Shown here: positions 55,293 to 64,000 of the stretch, one piece after another
Numbering within the stretch: the stretch's first letter is position 1
Layout of the letters: every line of letters begins with the position of its first letter
Origin: an uncultured Clostridia bacterium
Lineage (GTDB): Bacteria; Bacillota; Clostridia; Christensenellales; UBA1242
Assembly: GCA_944381215.1 (NCBI GenBank)
Contig: CALWKF010000002.1
Span: forward strand, 55,174 to 119,173
Direction of reading: 5' to 3'
Length of the DNA stretch: 64,000 nucleotides
Notes under the pieces: generated by a model
Seen by the model: only the letters and a program-made list of their open reading frames with translations
What the model was told of the DNA's origin: nothing
Databases searched by the model: none
Translations under genes and position numbers: made by a program

Positions 55293-56290
55293 CAGAAAAG
55301 TATTTCACGGGTTACAGTGAGCGCGCCGACGGCATTCGCTCCATTCTCAAAAAATATGGCATTTCTTCCATTGAGGAGGCGTATTCCCTCGCCGAAGGTG
55401 TGCTAAACTGCGAAGATTTTGTTAAAAAAGTCCAGCCGATTGTATTTGATAACGCGGTTTGGGCGTTTCGAATCGGTGCTGCACTTGCGGTGAAAACTAA
55501 AACTACCGACCCAAAACAGATTGCTCTACTTTTAGGGGAAGCGTTGCAGGCATTTTGTATACCTGGCTCGGTCGCAGCGAGGCGTCAGGTAGGGCTTGGA
55601 CACGGGCATTTGGCGGCAACTTTGCTCGATGACCGCACAAAGTGCTTCTGCTTCATCGCGGGGCACGAGTCTTTTGCGGCGAGCGAAGGAGCGATTGCGC
55701 TGGCAACCAGTGTAAATCACGTGCGCTCTACCCCATTAAAAATTATTATTAATGGCTTGGGGAAAGACGCTGCGTACATTATTAGCCGTATTGGGGGATT
55801 CACATATGTGCAGACCGACTATGACTACAATCGCGACAAGTTGATTGTTAAGTCCGAGCGCAAATTTGGTTCGGGCGACCGCAGTAAAGTGCGCGTTTAC
55901 GGGGCTTTGAGCGTTAACGAAGGGGTTGCAATTTGTGATTATGAGCAAGTTGACATATCAATCACGGGTAATTCGACCAACCCGACGCGTTTTCAGCACC
56001 CAGTGGCGGGTATTTATAAAAAAATGCGCGTTAATCAAGGACTCCCCTACTTCTCGATTGCAAGCGGTGGCGGGACTGGTAGGACCTTGCACCCAGACAA
56101 TTTAGCAGCGGGCCCCGCAAGTTACGGACTCACCGACACTATGGGGCGTATGCACTGTGATGCGCAGTTTGCTGGTAGTAGTTCTGTCCCCGCCCATGTG
56201 AATATGATGGGATTTGTTGGAATGGGAAATAACCCGTTAATGGGGTGTACTGCTAGTTTAGCTGTGCGACTTAGTGAACTTATTAAGTAG
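55289..56290 (+). CDS. GGGtGRT family protein (uncharacterised)
   Basis: The eponymous motif SGGGTGRTLHP is encoded at about 56061-56090. The 333-aa length is typical of the family. Confidence 0.8.
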   Translation: MTEKYFTGYSERADGIRSILKKYGISSIEEAYSLAEGVLNCEDFVKKVQPIVFDNAVWAFRIGAALAVKTKTTDPKQIALLLGEALQAFCIPGSVAARRQVGLGHGHLAATLLDDRTKCFCFIAGHESFAASEGAIALATSVNHVRSTPLKIIINGLGKDAAYIISRIGGFTYVQTDYDYNRDKLIVKSERKFGSGDRSKVRVYGALSVNEGVAICDYEQVDISITGNSTNPTRFQHPVAGIYKKMRVNQGLPYFSIASGGGTGRTLHPDNLAAGPASYGLTDTMGRMHCDAQFAGSSSVPAHVNMMGFVGMGNNPLMGCTASLAVRLSELIK

Positions 56291-56773
56291 TTGACATTCC
56301 AACGCAGAACCGCACTTTTGTTTGTTTCGGTTTTGTTGAGTGCGAGAGTTTGACTATACCCTATTCAATCAGGGTAGTCGGCTGAGCAAAAGTGCATGTT
56401 TCCAAGTTGGAATGGGAAATAACCCGTTAATGGAGTGTACGGCGAGTCTTGCTGTAAAGTTGAGTGAGTTGATTAAGTAGACAATTCCAACGCAGAACCG
56501 CACTTTTGTTTGTTTTGATTTTGTTGAGTGCGAGAGTTTGACTATACCCTACTCAATTAGGGTAGTTGGCTGAGCAAAAGTGCATGCTTCCAAGTTGGAA
56601 TGGGAAATAACCCTCTTATGGAGTGTACGGCGAGTCTTGCCGTAAAGTTGAGTGAGTTGATTAAGTAGACAATTCCAACGCAGAACCGCACTTTTGTTTG
56701 TTTCGGTTTTGTTGAGTGCGAGAGTTTGACTATACCCTACTCAATTAGGGTAGTTGACTGAGCAAAAGTGCAT
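56216..56773 (+). repeat. Tandem array of three units (190, 188 and about 180 bp), each with a copy of the last 24 codons plus stop of the GGGtGRT gene and a structured spacer of about 113 nt
   Basis: Units begin with GTTGGAATGGGAAATAACCC at 56216, 56406 and 56594. The in-frame TAG stops are at 56288-56290, 56478-56480 and 56666-56668. Spacers run 56291-56405, 56481-56593 and 56669-56773. Confidence 0.95.
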
Positions 56774-56800
56774 AAAGGCGGAAAAATAATTAATATAAAA

Positions 56801-56831
56801 AGAGTGAAAATATATCTTTCACTCTTTTTTT
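56801..56831 (+). terminator. Rho-independent terminator closing the GGGtGRT operon and repeat array
   Basis: AGAGTGAAA-atatatc-TTTCACTCT followed by TTTTTTT. Confidence 0.7.
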
Positions 56832-56837
56832 GTTATA

Positions 56838-56870
56838 AAAAAAGCCTAGGAAAAACCTAGACTTTTTAAA
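56838..56870 (-). terminator. Rho-independent terminator of tuf
   Basis: Minus strand TCTAGG-ttttt-CCTAGGC followed by TTTTTTT. Confidence 0.6.
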
Positions 56871-56881
56871 GTGAGTATTAA

Positions 56882-58093
56882 TTAAGCCTCAATCTTGGTT
56901 ACAACACCACTACCTACAGTGTGGCCACCCTCACGAATAGCGAAGCGAAGACCCTCTTCGATAGCGATAGGAGTAATTAACTCAACTTCCATCTCGATAT
57001 TGTCGCCTGGCATAACCATTTCAACGCCACCAAGGAGTTTGATGGTACCAGTTACGTCGGTTGTACGGAAGTAGAACTGAGGACGGTAACCAGATACGAA
57101 TGGAGTAGAACGGCCACCCTCTTCTTTCTTTAGAATGTACACTTGTGCAGTGAACTTTGTGTGTGGAGTGATTGTCTTAGGAGCGGCAAGCACTTGACCA
57201 CGTTGGATGTCCTTACGCTCGATACCACGGAGCAAGCAACCAATGTTGTCACCAGCTTCTGCTTGGTCAAGCAACTTCTTGAACATCTCAACACCAGTAA
57301 TAACGGTTGTCTTTGTAGGACCCATACCAACGATTTCTACGGTGTCGCCTACTTTTACAGTACCACGCTCTACACGACCAGTAGCAACGGTACCACGGCC
57401 AGTAATTGTGAATACGTCCTCAACTGGCATAAGGAATGGCTTGTCGTTGTCACGAACTGGGTCTTTGAAGTAGCTGTCGCAAGCGTCCATAAGCTCGAAA
57501 ATGCACTTGCACTCCTCGCCGTCAACATTACCTGCAATAGCAGCATCGAGAGCACCCTTTGCACTACCACAAATAATTGGAGTTTCATCGCCTGGGAAGC
57601 CGTACTCGTTTAACAAGTCACGAATTTCCATTTCAACGAGCTCAATAAGTTCTGCACGGTCAGCTGGTGGAAGCAAGTCAACCTTGTTGACGAAAACAAT
57701 AATTGCAGGAACACCTACCTGACGAGCAAGTAGAATGTGCTCACGAGTTTGAGGCATAACACCAGCGTTTGCAGCAACTACCAAAATCGCGCCGTCCATC
57801 TGAGCAGCACCAGTAATCATGTTCTTTACATAGTCAGCGTGGCCTGGGCAGTCTACGTGTGCGTAGTGACGCTTTGCGGTTTCGTATTCTACGTGAGTAG
57901 AGTTAATTGTAATACCACGAGCTCTTTCTTCTGGGGTGTTGTCGATAGCTGCGTAGTCACGCGCTTCAGCCAAACCCTTCTTTGCTAATACTGTAGTAAT
58001 AGCAGCGGTCAAAGTTGTTTTACCGTGGTCAACGTGACCAATTGTACCCAAGTTAAAGTGGGGTTTCTTTCTTTCAAATTTTGCTTTTGCCAT
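56882..58093 (-). CDS. tuf: Elongation factor Tu
   Basis: [18 protein letters not shown] and NKVD motifs, with full-length similarity to EF-Tu. Confidence 0.98.
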   Translation of the reverse strand: MAKAKFERKKPHFNLGTIGHVDHGKTTLTAAITTVLAKKGLAEARDYAAIDNTPEERARGITINSTHVEYETAKRHYAHVDCPGHADYVKNMITGAAQMDGAILVVAANAGVMPQTREHILLARQVGVPAIIVFVNKVDLLPPADRAELIELVEMEIRDLLNEYGFPGDETPIICGSAKGALDAAIAGNVDGEECKCIFELMDACDSYFKDPVRDNDKPFLMPVEDVFTITGRGTVATGRVERGTVKVGDTVEIVGMGPTKTTVITGVEMFKKLLDQAEAGDNIGCLLRGIERKDIQRGQVLAAPKTITPHTKFTAQVYILKKEEGGRSTPFVSGYRPQFYFRTTDVTGTIKLLGGVEMVMPGDNIEMEVELITPIAIEEGLRFAIREGGHTVGSGVVTKIEA

Positions 58094-58123
58094 AATCTTT
58101 TAAAATCTCCTTATTAATTTTTT

Positions 58124-60199
58124 TTAGTTGGCAGAGTTGCGTTGGCCGATAATTTTTTCGGCAACAAATTTAGGTACTTCTGAGTAGCACTCTAGGTCCA
58201 TAGTGAATATTCCACGACCCTGAGTGATACTGCGCAAGTCGGTCGCATAACCGAACATCTCGGCCAGCGGAACGAGTGCGTTGATAGTCTGCTGACCATC
58301 CTCGCTCTCCATTTCGCGTAGTTGACCGCGTCTGCGGTTAATATCGCCCATAACATCGCCCAAATATTCTTCTGGAACGATGACTTGCACCTTCATAATA
58401 GGTTCCAAAATTACAGGACTTGCATTCTTGGCTGCTTCCTTGAATGCCATACTACCTGCAATCTTAAATGCCATTTCACTCGAGTCAACATCGTGGTAAC
58501 TACCATCGACTAGCGTTACTCTAAAGTCAACCATTTCATATCCAGCGAGTACACCATTTTGCGCTGCCTCGCGGATACCCTCGTCGATTGCGGGGATGAA
58601 CTCTTTTGGAATTGCACCACCGACAATTTTGTTTACAAACTCGTAGCCCGAGCCTGCTGGCAGAGGTTCCATCTCAATCACACAGTGACCGTATTGACCT
58701 TTACCACCTGATTGACGAATGTACTTGCCTTCCTGCTTTGTCTTACTGCGAATTGTCTCGCGGTAAGCAACCTGAGGTTTACCGATGTTAGCATCGATAT
58801 TAAATTCGCGCTTTAATCTGTCGCAGTAAATATCGAGGTGAAGTTCACCCATACCAGCGATGATTGTTTGACCAGTTTCTTGGTCAGTGTAAGTTTTAAA
58901 TGACGGGTCCTCTTCGGCAAACTTTAATAGTGCTGCGACGAGTTTCTCCTGTCCCGCCTTAGTCTTAGGCTCGATTGCAATACGGATAACAGGGTCTGGG
59001 AAGTTTATACTTTCTAGAATAATGGGGTGTGCCTCATCACAGAGGGTGTCCCCTGTTGTAGTGTCTTTTAGACCCACAATTGCTGCGATATCACCAGTAC
59101 GCACCTCGTTAATTTCAATACGCTCGTTCGAGTGCATACGAATAAGTCGTGCTACGCGCTCTTTCTTACCCTTTGTAGAGTTGTATACATAACTACCGCT
59201 CTCAAGTTTACCACTGTATACACGGAAGTAAGTAAGTTTTCCATATGGGTCAGTCGCCACCTTGAATGCAAGTGCACTGAATGGCTCGTCATCACTTGGG
59301 TGACGCTCTGATTCCTCACCGTTTGGAAGCACTCCCTTTATTGCAGGAACATCGAGAGGGCTCGGCAAGTAGTCAACAATTGCGTCGAGTAGCTTTTGAA
59401 TACCCTTGTTCTTGTAGCTTGTACCACAAATAACAGGGTTCATGCGAAGAGACACTGTGCCCTTTCTAATTGCCTTTTTGATTTCCTCCTCAGTAAACTC
59501 TTCACCAGCGAAGAATTTTTCAAGAAGGTCATCATCCATTTCGGCAATAGCCTCGATTAATTGTGCTCGGTACTGTTTAGCCTGGTCTGCGTACTCGGCA
59601 GGAATGTCGGTCTCCTCCATTTCCTTGCCTTCGTCGTCTTTATAAATTGTTGCCTTCATTGTAACTAGGTCGATAACACCTCTAAAGTCATCTGCGTGAC
59701 CTATTGGCAACTGAATCGGCACTGCGTTTGCACGCAAGCGCGATTTCATCATATCAACGACACGGAAAAAGTCCGCACCATTCATATCCATTTTATTTAC
59801 GTACGCAATACGCGGTACGCCGTATTTATTTGCCTGTTTCCAAACGGTCTCACTCTGGGGCTGTACGCCACCACGAGCACAGAACACGGCTACGGAACCG
59901 TCGAGTACTTTCAAACTACGCTCTACCTCGATTGTAAAGTCAACGTGGCCTGGGGTGTCGATAATGTTAATTTGATTATCTTTCCAGTGGCAAGTAGTCG
60001 CAGCAGAAGTAATTGTAATACCGCGCTCGCGCTCTTGAACCATCCAGTCCATTGTGGCTTGACCTTCGTGTACCTCGCCTAGTTTGTGAGTAATACCTGT
60101 ATAATATAGAATACGCTCGGTAGTAGTTGTTTTTCCTGCATCGATGTGTGCCATAATACCGATGTTACGTATCTTGTCTAATGGTGTAGTTCTTGCCAT
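58124..60199 (-). CDS. fusA: Elongation factor G
   Basis: [20 protein letters not shown] and NKMD motifs. 691 aa. Confidence 0.98.
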   Translation of the reverse strand: MARTTPLDKIRNIGIMAHIDAGKTTTTERILYYTGITHKLGEVHEGQATMDWMVQERERGITITSAATTCHWKDNQINIIDTPGHVDFTIEVERSLKVLDGSVAVFCARGGVQPQSETVWKQANKYGVPRIAYVNKMDMNGADFFRVVDMMKSRLRANAVPIQLPIGHADDFRGVIDLVTMKATIYKDDEGKEMEETDIPAEYADQAKQYRAQLIEAIAEMDDDLLEKFFAGEEFTEEEIKKAIRKGTVSLRMNPVICGTSYKNKGIQKLLDAIVDYLPSPLDVPAIKGVLPNGEESERHPSDDEPFSALAFKVATDPYGKLTYFRVYSGKLESGSYVYNSTKGKKERVARLIRMHSNERIEINEVRTGDIAAIVGLKDTTTGDTLCDEAHPIILESINFPDPVIRIAIEPKTKAGQEKLVAALLKFAEEDPSFKTYTDQETGQTIIAGMGELHLDIYCDRLKREFNIDANIGKPQVAYRETIRSKTKQEGKYIRQSGGKGQYGHCVIEMEPLPAGSGYEFVNKIVGGAIPKEFIPAIDEGIREAAQNGVLAGYEMVDFRVTLVDGSYHDVDSSEMAFKIAGSMAFKEAAKNASPVILEPIMKVQVIVPEEYLGDVMGDINRRRGQLREMESEDGQQTINALVPLAEMFGYATDLRSITQGRGIFTMDLECYSEVPKFVAEKIIGQRNSAN

Positions 60200-60223
60200 T
60201 TATATCTTAATTATCCTCCTAAA

Positions 60224-60694
60224 TTACCACTTAAAGTGTGCAAAAGCCTTGTTTGCCTCTGCCATACGGTGCACTTCGTCTTTACGCTTAATTGCGCCAC
60301 CAGTGCCGTTGAACGCGTCAACGAGCTCACCAGCCAACTTGTGCTCCATACCGCGCTCGCCACGCTTCTTTGAAAAAGCAACTAGCCATCTAATTGCTAG
60401 AGTCTGGCGACGTGCGGGTCTAATTTCGACAGGCACCTGATAAGTGGCACCGCCCACCTTGCGTGCGCGAGTTTCAACAACGGGACTGGCATTCTCTAAT
60501 GCCTTTTCAAGTGTCTCCATTGGAGAGACACCAGTCTTTTCACTGGCGATAGTCATTGCATCGTAAACGAGTCTTTCAGCGATGCTCAACTTACCATCGA
60601 GCATAACTTGGTTAATTAGCTTACGAACGACTGTACTGCCATAAACTGGGTCTGGTAGCACGCTACGGACGGGTGCTTGATTACGTCTTGACAT
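60224..60694 (-). CDS. rpsG: 30S ribosomal protein uS7
   Basis: PDPVYGS..V.KLIN..M.DGK and the remaining S7 signatures are present. Confidence 0.97.
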   Translation of the reverse strand: MSRRNQAPVRSVLPDPVYGSTVVRKLINQVMLDGKLSIAERLVYDAMTIASEKTGVSPMETLEKALENASPVVETRARKVGGATYQVPVEIRPARRQTLAIRWLVAFSKKRGERGMEHKLAGELVDAFNGTGGAIKRKDEVHRMAEANKAFAHFKW

Positions 60695-60741
60695 AATTAT
60701 TCTCCTTTTACTAGATTTTTCTATTTAATAAATAAGTTAAA

Positions 60742-61116
60742 TTACTTACCGTCTTTCTTTGTGCCGTATTTACTGCGACCTTGCTTACGCTTTGCAGTGC
60801 CTGCTGTATCCAAGACACCACGAACGATGTGGTAACGCACACCGACAAGGTCCTTTACACGACCGCCACGAACGAGTACGACAGAGTGTTCCTGAAGGTT
60901 GTGACCTTCGCCTGGGATGTACATTGTACTCTCACTACCATTACTCAAACGAACCTTAGCAATCTTACGAAGTGCTGAGTTTGGCTTTTTCGGGGTCGTA
61001 GTAGTAACAGCAAAGCACACGCCACGCTTCTGCGGACATTGATCTAGCAAAGGCGACTTAGTCTTGCGCTTTTGTTGCTTACGACTCTTTCTAACCAATT
61101 GGTTAATTGTAGGCAT
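60742..61116 (-). CDS. rpsL: 30S ribosomal protein uS12
   Basis: [10 protein letters not shown]...[10 protein letters not shown] are present. Confidence 0.97.
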   Translation of the reverse strand: MPTINQLVRKSRKQQKRKTKSPLLDQCPQKRGVCFAVTTTTPKKPNSALRKIAKVRLSNGSESTMYIPGEGHNLQEHSVVLVRGGRVKDLVGVRYHIVRGVLDTAGTAKRKQGRSKYGTKKDGK

Positions 61117-61448
61117 ATTCCCCTCCTTGTAGATTTACCACGATTTCAACCCTTATAAATCGCGGTTTGGCGACAAAATTTAACTCACATATTATATATA
61201 GAATAACTATGTGCCTCTTTTGCGTCCTGCTGGATAGTCGCGCAACACACCACTATTGCGTTCCTTTCCATGACCAGATTTTCTGGATTTTGTAAAAGTT
61301 TTTAAAGCCTAAAACTAGGCCTTTACCCTATACAAAGTGTATAGAAAAACGCTACAAAATCATTTGTAACGATTTGTATTATACCAAAACTATAACTTTA
61401 AGTCAAGCATAAATTGAAAAAAGTTTATAGAATTTTATTATGCAAGAG

Positions 61449-62450
61449 TTAGCAATAAAGTGCTGAAAGTACCAAAAATACTATATAAGTAGCGAGAATC
61501 AGCGCACCTATTACTATATGGAAGGAATTTGTCGTCTTTAACTTATTATTACCACGCTTAACAAGTCCCAATATAATCATCAAAACGGTCGCCATAAGCA
61601 AGCACGCAGACAATACTATTGTCTGCAAATTTGTCAAGAAAACTGTGCCACTAGTGTACGCAATATCAGCAATTGCTAATACGGCGTAGTTAAACAGACA
61701 CGAACCGATAATATTTCCGTAGGCAGCGTTGAAGTTACCAAATCTAAGCAGAGCAAAACTTGATATAATTTCGGGAAGGCTTGTGGGCACACCTAAGAAT
61801 AACGCTCCTGCCAATCCCTTACCCAGTCCGTAGGTTTCGGCAAGGCTTTCGGCAAGGAAGGTCATGGCAACTGAAACGCCAACTAGCACTACCGAGTAGC
61901 CGACAAAACTCCATGCTAAATACTTTTTCGATTTTTCCTCGTACTTGTTTACCGACTCGTCCTTGCTCTCGTCGACATCCTCGGCCTTTCTTGTGGCCAA
62001 AAGAGCAACAACATAAAGTACGATTATTAGCGGGGTTAAAATATTAATATTTATATAAGGAATGACGACTTGAACATTGCAGATTGCGAGCACCAAAATT
62101 AGCGCGGTGATAGCGAAAACAAAGAAGTCGAAAATAATATTAGCACGACTGACGGATCGGGTCTTGATGCGCTTAAAGTAAATTACGAGCAATAGACCTA
62201 TTATAGTAATATCGAATACGTTGGAGCCTAGGATGTTACCTTGCGTCATGTCGGGCTCGCCCATAATTGCTGCAGTGAGGCTGGTAACGAGTTCTGGAAG
62301 GCTCGTAACACCCGCTAGTAATACGGCACCCAAGAACGCGCCAGAGAGCTTCGTCTTGCGGTCGAGTGCGTCTACTATGCCACCGATTTTATTTGAGACA
62401 AATATAACGACAACTAGTGTCAAGGCGTACAGCAACCACACCCACCACAT
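61449..62450 (-). CDS. CaCA family sodium/calcium (cation:proton) antiporter, YrbG-like
   Basis: Two alpha-repeats with G(V/P)TSLPE motifs (GVTSLPELVTS and GVPTSLPEIISS). About 10 TM helices. Confidence 0.8.
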   Translation of the reverse strand: MWWVWLLYALTLVVVIFVSNKIGGIVDALDRKTKLSGAFLGAVLLAGVTSLPELVTSLTAAIMGEPDMTQGNILGSNVFDITIIGLLLVIYFKRIKTRSVSRANIIFDFFVFAITALILVLAICNVQVVIPYININILTPLIIVLYVVALLATRKAEDVDESKDESVNKYEEKSKKYLAWSFVGYSVVLVGVSVAMTFLAESLAETYGLGKGLAGALFLGVPTSLPEIISSFALLRFGNFNAAYGNIIGSCLFNYAVLAIADIAYTSGTVFLTNLQTIVLSACLLMATVLMIILGLVKRGNNKLKTTNSFHIVIGALILATYIVFLVLSALYC

Positions 62451-62514
62451 AGGCTCCTCCTAAATTTAATAAATCTATTATACCCAAAACTGCAACAATT
62501 GTCTAACAAATTTA

Positions 62515-63858
62515 CTAAACTTGGGAAAATCTTTTCCAAAACTCGATAACTTCGGGACGAAGCGGTTCGTTTTCGATTGGGGTGGGCTTTGGACGTTCCT
62601 TGTTTCCTACCACTTTTACTCCTCGGGTCGCCTGGTAACTAACACGCCTAAGGAGTTTACGCTCGACTAGTTTGTTCCCTTCATACTTTTCAAGAATTGC
62701 GCGCACGCGGTAGCCCTTGTGCGGGGCAGAAATATAGGCAGACTCATCCGTGTAATTTACCAAATTGCTATACTCGCCATTTTTGTCGATAATAACCTCG
62801 TCACTGGGTGGAGTAATTTCCTTTTCAATTTCGGTAACACGTTTTAGAGTGTAGCGTGTTTTATCGGGCTTGCCATAGATTTCGACGCCCACGCGATTGC
62901 CAGACACATACGTGCGGACAAACATATCGGTATCCGTATTATTCACCCAGCGAAGGTCCGCCGAGCCGAAGTTTACCATTGCATCAAAACCCATATTCAC
63001 GTACGAACTAACCAGCGAGTGGCTGTGGACCTCGCGGAAGTCGAGCCCTGCAAGTAAAAGTGCATTGTATAGGGTCGTGCTGGCCTGGCAAACTCCGCCA
63101 CCATAGCCCTCGACGTACTTTTTATCGACTATGATATTTGCTGGACGGTAGCCGTTTGCCTCGGTGCGTCTGCCCGTCGTTTCGTTAAAGGAATATTCCC
63201 TATTTTTCTCGATTTTTAGGCCGTTAAACTTGCTAATTGCGAGGGCTATGTTGTGCTTACGGTTTGCGTTGTTTTCGTTAAAACTGGTGAAAAAACTACC
63301 GCGCAGGGTCGCGTAGTCCTTTATGTCATCATAGTAGACATCGGGGTAAAGATTTGTGGGATGCAAGTCGATTGTAAAGGTGCTGGATGCCCTTAAATTA
63401 TCGGCAATTTCGTGAGCAAGTGCCATTGTATCGAGGCTGTACCCCATTTTTTCGTGCTGGAAAACAAAGTATGGAGTGCGCTTTGGATTAAAGGTAAACG
63501 AGGCATCCTGTGGGGCGCAGTCGACGGCCTTTTTCATATCCGCAATCACCTGCTCTAACCCTGGAAAGCAGTACTGGAAAGCGACACTCGGCTCGACCCC
63601 GAGAGCAAGCACGCGCTCTAATAGATCAGCACGCTCCATGGGTGTGCCTAGGCGGTTGTTTTTCTGGGCAATAGAGCGAAAATAGAAGTTGTTTAGGTTA
63701 TCAAGGGCCGTGGAGGAGTATGTGTAAGTCGTGCCGTTGTACCGAAAATTCATGGAAATTAGGTCTGCTTCTGTTGCCGAAATGGTCGTAGTTATGCCAT
63801 TAATTAAGGCGCAAAAGACAATCAATACTAATCCCCACAAAATAGCGCGAAACCGCAT
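62515..63858 (-). CDS. VanW family protein
   Basis: GYGGGVCQASTTLYNA is the VanW domain signature, and there is an N-terminal signal anchor. The likely start is MRFRAILWG at 63858; the track ORF extends to 63966. Confidence 0.85.
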   Translation of the reverse strand: MRFRAILWGLVLIVFCALINGITTTISATEADLISMNFRYNGTTYTYSSTALDNLNNFYFRSIAQKNNRLGTPMERADLLERVLALGVEPSVAFQYCFPGLEQVIADMKKAVDCAPQDASFTFNPKRTPYFVFQHEKMGYSLDTMALAHEIADNLRASSTFTIDLHPTNLYPDVYYDDIKDYATLRGSFFTSFNENNANRKHNIALAISKFNGLKIEKNREYSFNETTGRRTEANGYRPANIIVDKKYVEGYGGGVCQASTTLYNALLLAGLDFREVHSHSLVSSYVNMGFDAMVNFGSADLRWVNNTDTDMFVRTYVSGNRVGVEIYGKPDKTRYTLKRVTEIEKEITPPSDEVIIDKNGEYSNLVNYTDESAYISAPHKGYRVRAILEKYEGNKLVERKLLRRVSYQATRGVKVVGNKERPKPTPIENEPLRPEVIEFWKRFSQV

Positions 63859-64000
63859 ACTCACCACTCCCCGTTTTTTGTGATATTTTACGTAAAATAG
63901 CCAAAAATATACTATATCACAAGGTGAATGGTTGCTACAATTTTTGCTAAAATCATCATTTCTCATGTAATAGAATTCTAATAATTTATAAATAATTCAA

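Noticed and set aside
56370-56400. Possible hammerhead-type ribozyme core (CTGAGCAAAAG resembling CUGANGA...GAAA) in the array spacers.
   Set aside because: The sequence is CUGAGCA, not CUGAUGA. There is no matching GAAAC/stem III arrangement, and the segment is better explained as the 3' arm of the GCACTTTTG/CAAAAGTGC helix.
56412-56668. Annotating the two 22-aa micro-ORFs (56412..56480, 56600..56668) as CDS features.
   Set aside because: They have no convincing Shine-Dalgarno sequence (only GTTGGA directly abutting the ATG). The synonymous-substitution pattern is suggestive but has other explanations, so they are reported as a finding rather than as genes.
56216-56773. Possible CRISPR array, since it is a regular tandem repeat.
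   Set aside because: The period is about 190 bp and both halves of each unit are conserved, so there are no variable spacers. The repeated part is a coding 3' end, and no cas genes are nearby.
61117-61448. Possible ribosomal-protein leader or riboswitch in the roughly 330-nt region upstream of rpsL.
   Set aside because: I saw only generic hairpins (CCAGAaaatCTGG, TTGCG...CGCAA) and a terminator for the upstream antiporter gene. I recognised no conserved motif, so no call can be made without a covariance-model scan.

Overview
This 64 kb window looks like a chromosomal segment from a spore-forming Firmicutes/Bacillota genome. spoIIE, a ytxC-like gene, a Bacillus-type long SRP RNA, a roughly 401-nt RNase P RNA and CIRCE/HrcA heat-shock control all point that way. 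GC content is moderate, and almost every gene lies on the minus strand. The backbone is housekeeping: rpsU, ruvX, thrS with a Thr T-box leader, rubrerythrin, rarA, rnpB, a type-2 ileS, SRP RNA, a HIT protein, mtaB, rsmE, the hrcA-grpE-dnaK-dnaJ operon, tilS, spoIIE, mazF, acpS, recX, yigZ, tyrS and the rpsL-rpsG-fusA-tuf operon. Several visibly AT-rich accessory patches interrupt it:
- an orphan Rhs C-terminal toxin fragment with a candidate immunity gene (1.8-3.45 kb);
- a 540-aa orphan ORF (9.4-11.0 kb);
- an islet between dnaJ and rsmE that encodes a membrane-anchored FtsK-gamma/Mrr-nuclease fusion (23.0-25.6 kb);
- an XRE-regulator and giant surface-protein block (30.8-37.4 kb).

The most unusual signal is at 56216-56773. 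The last 24 codons plus stop of a GGGtGRT-family gene occur three times in tandem with a period of about 190 bp. The codon differences between copies are almost all synonymous. The copies are separated by a well-conserved spacer of about 113 nt with nested inverted repeats, and the whole array lies upstream of the operon terminator. A dispersed intergenic repeat family (GGAAT.AGATyCTTCGTC...CTCAGrATGAC) is also present in four copies. All calls come from reading the sequence and ORF translations by eye; no database search was run.
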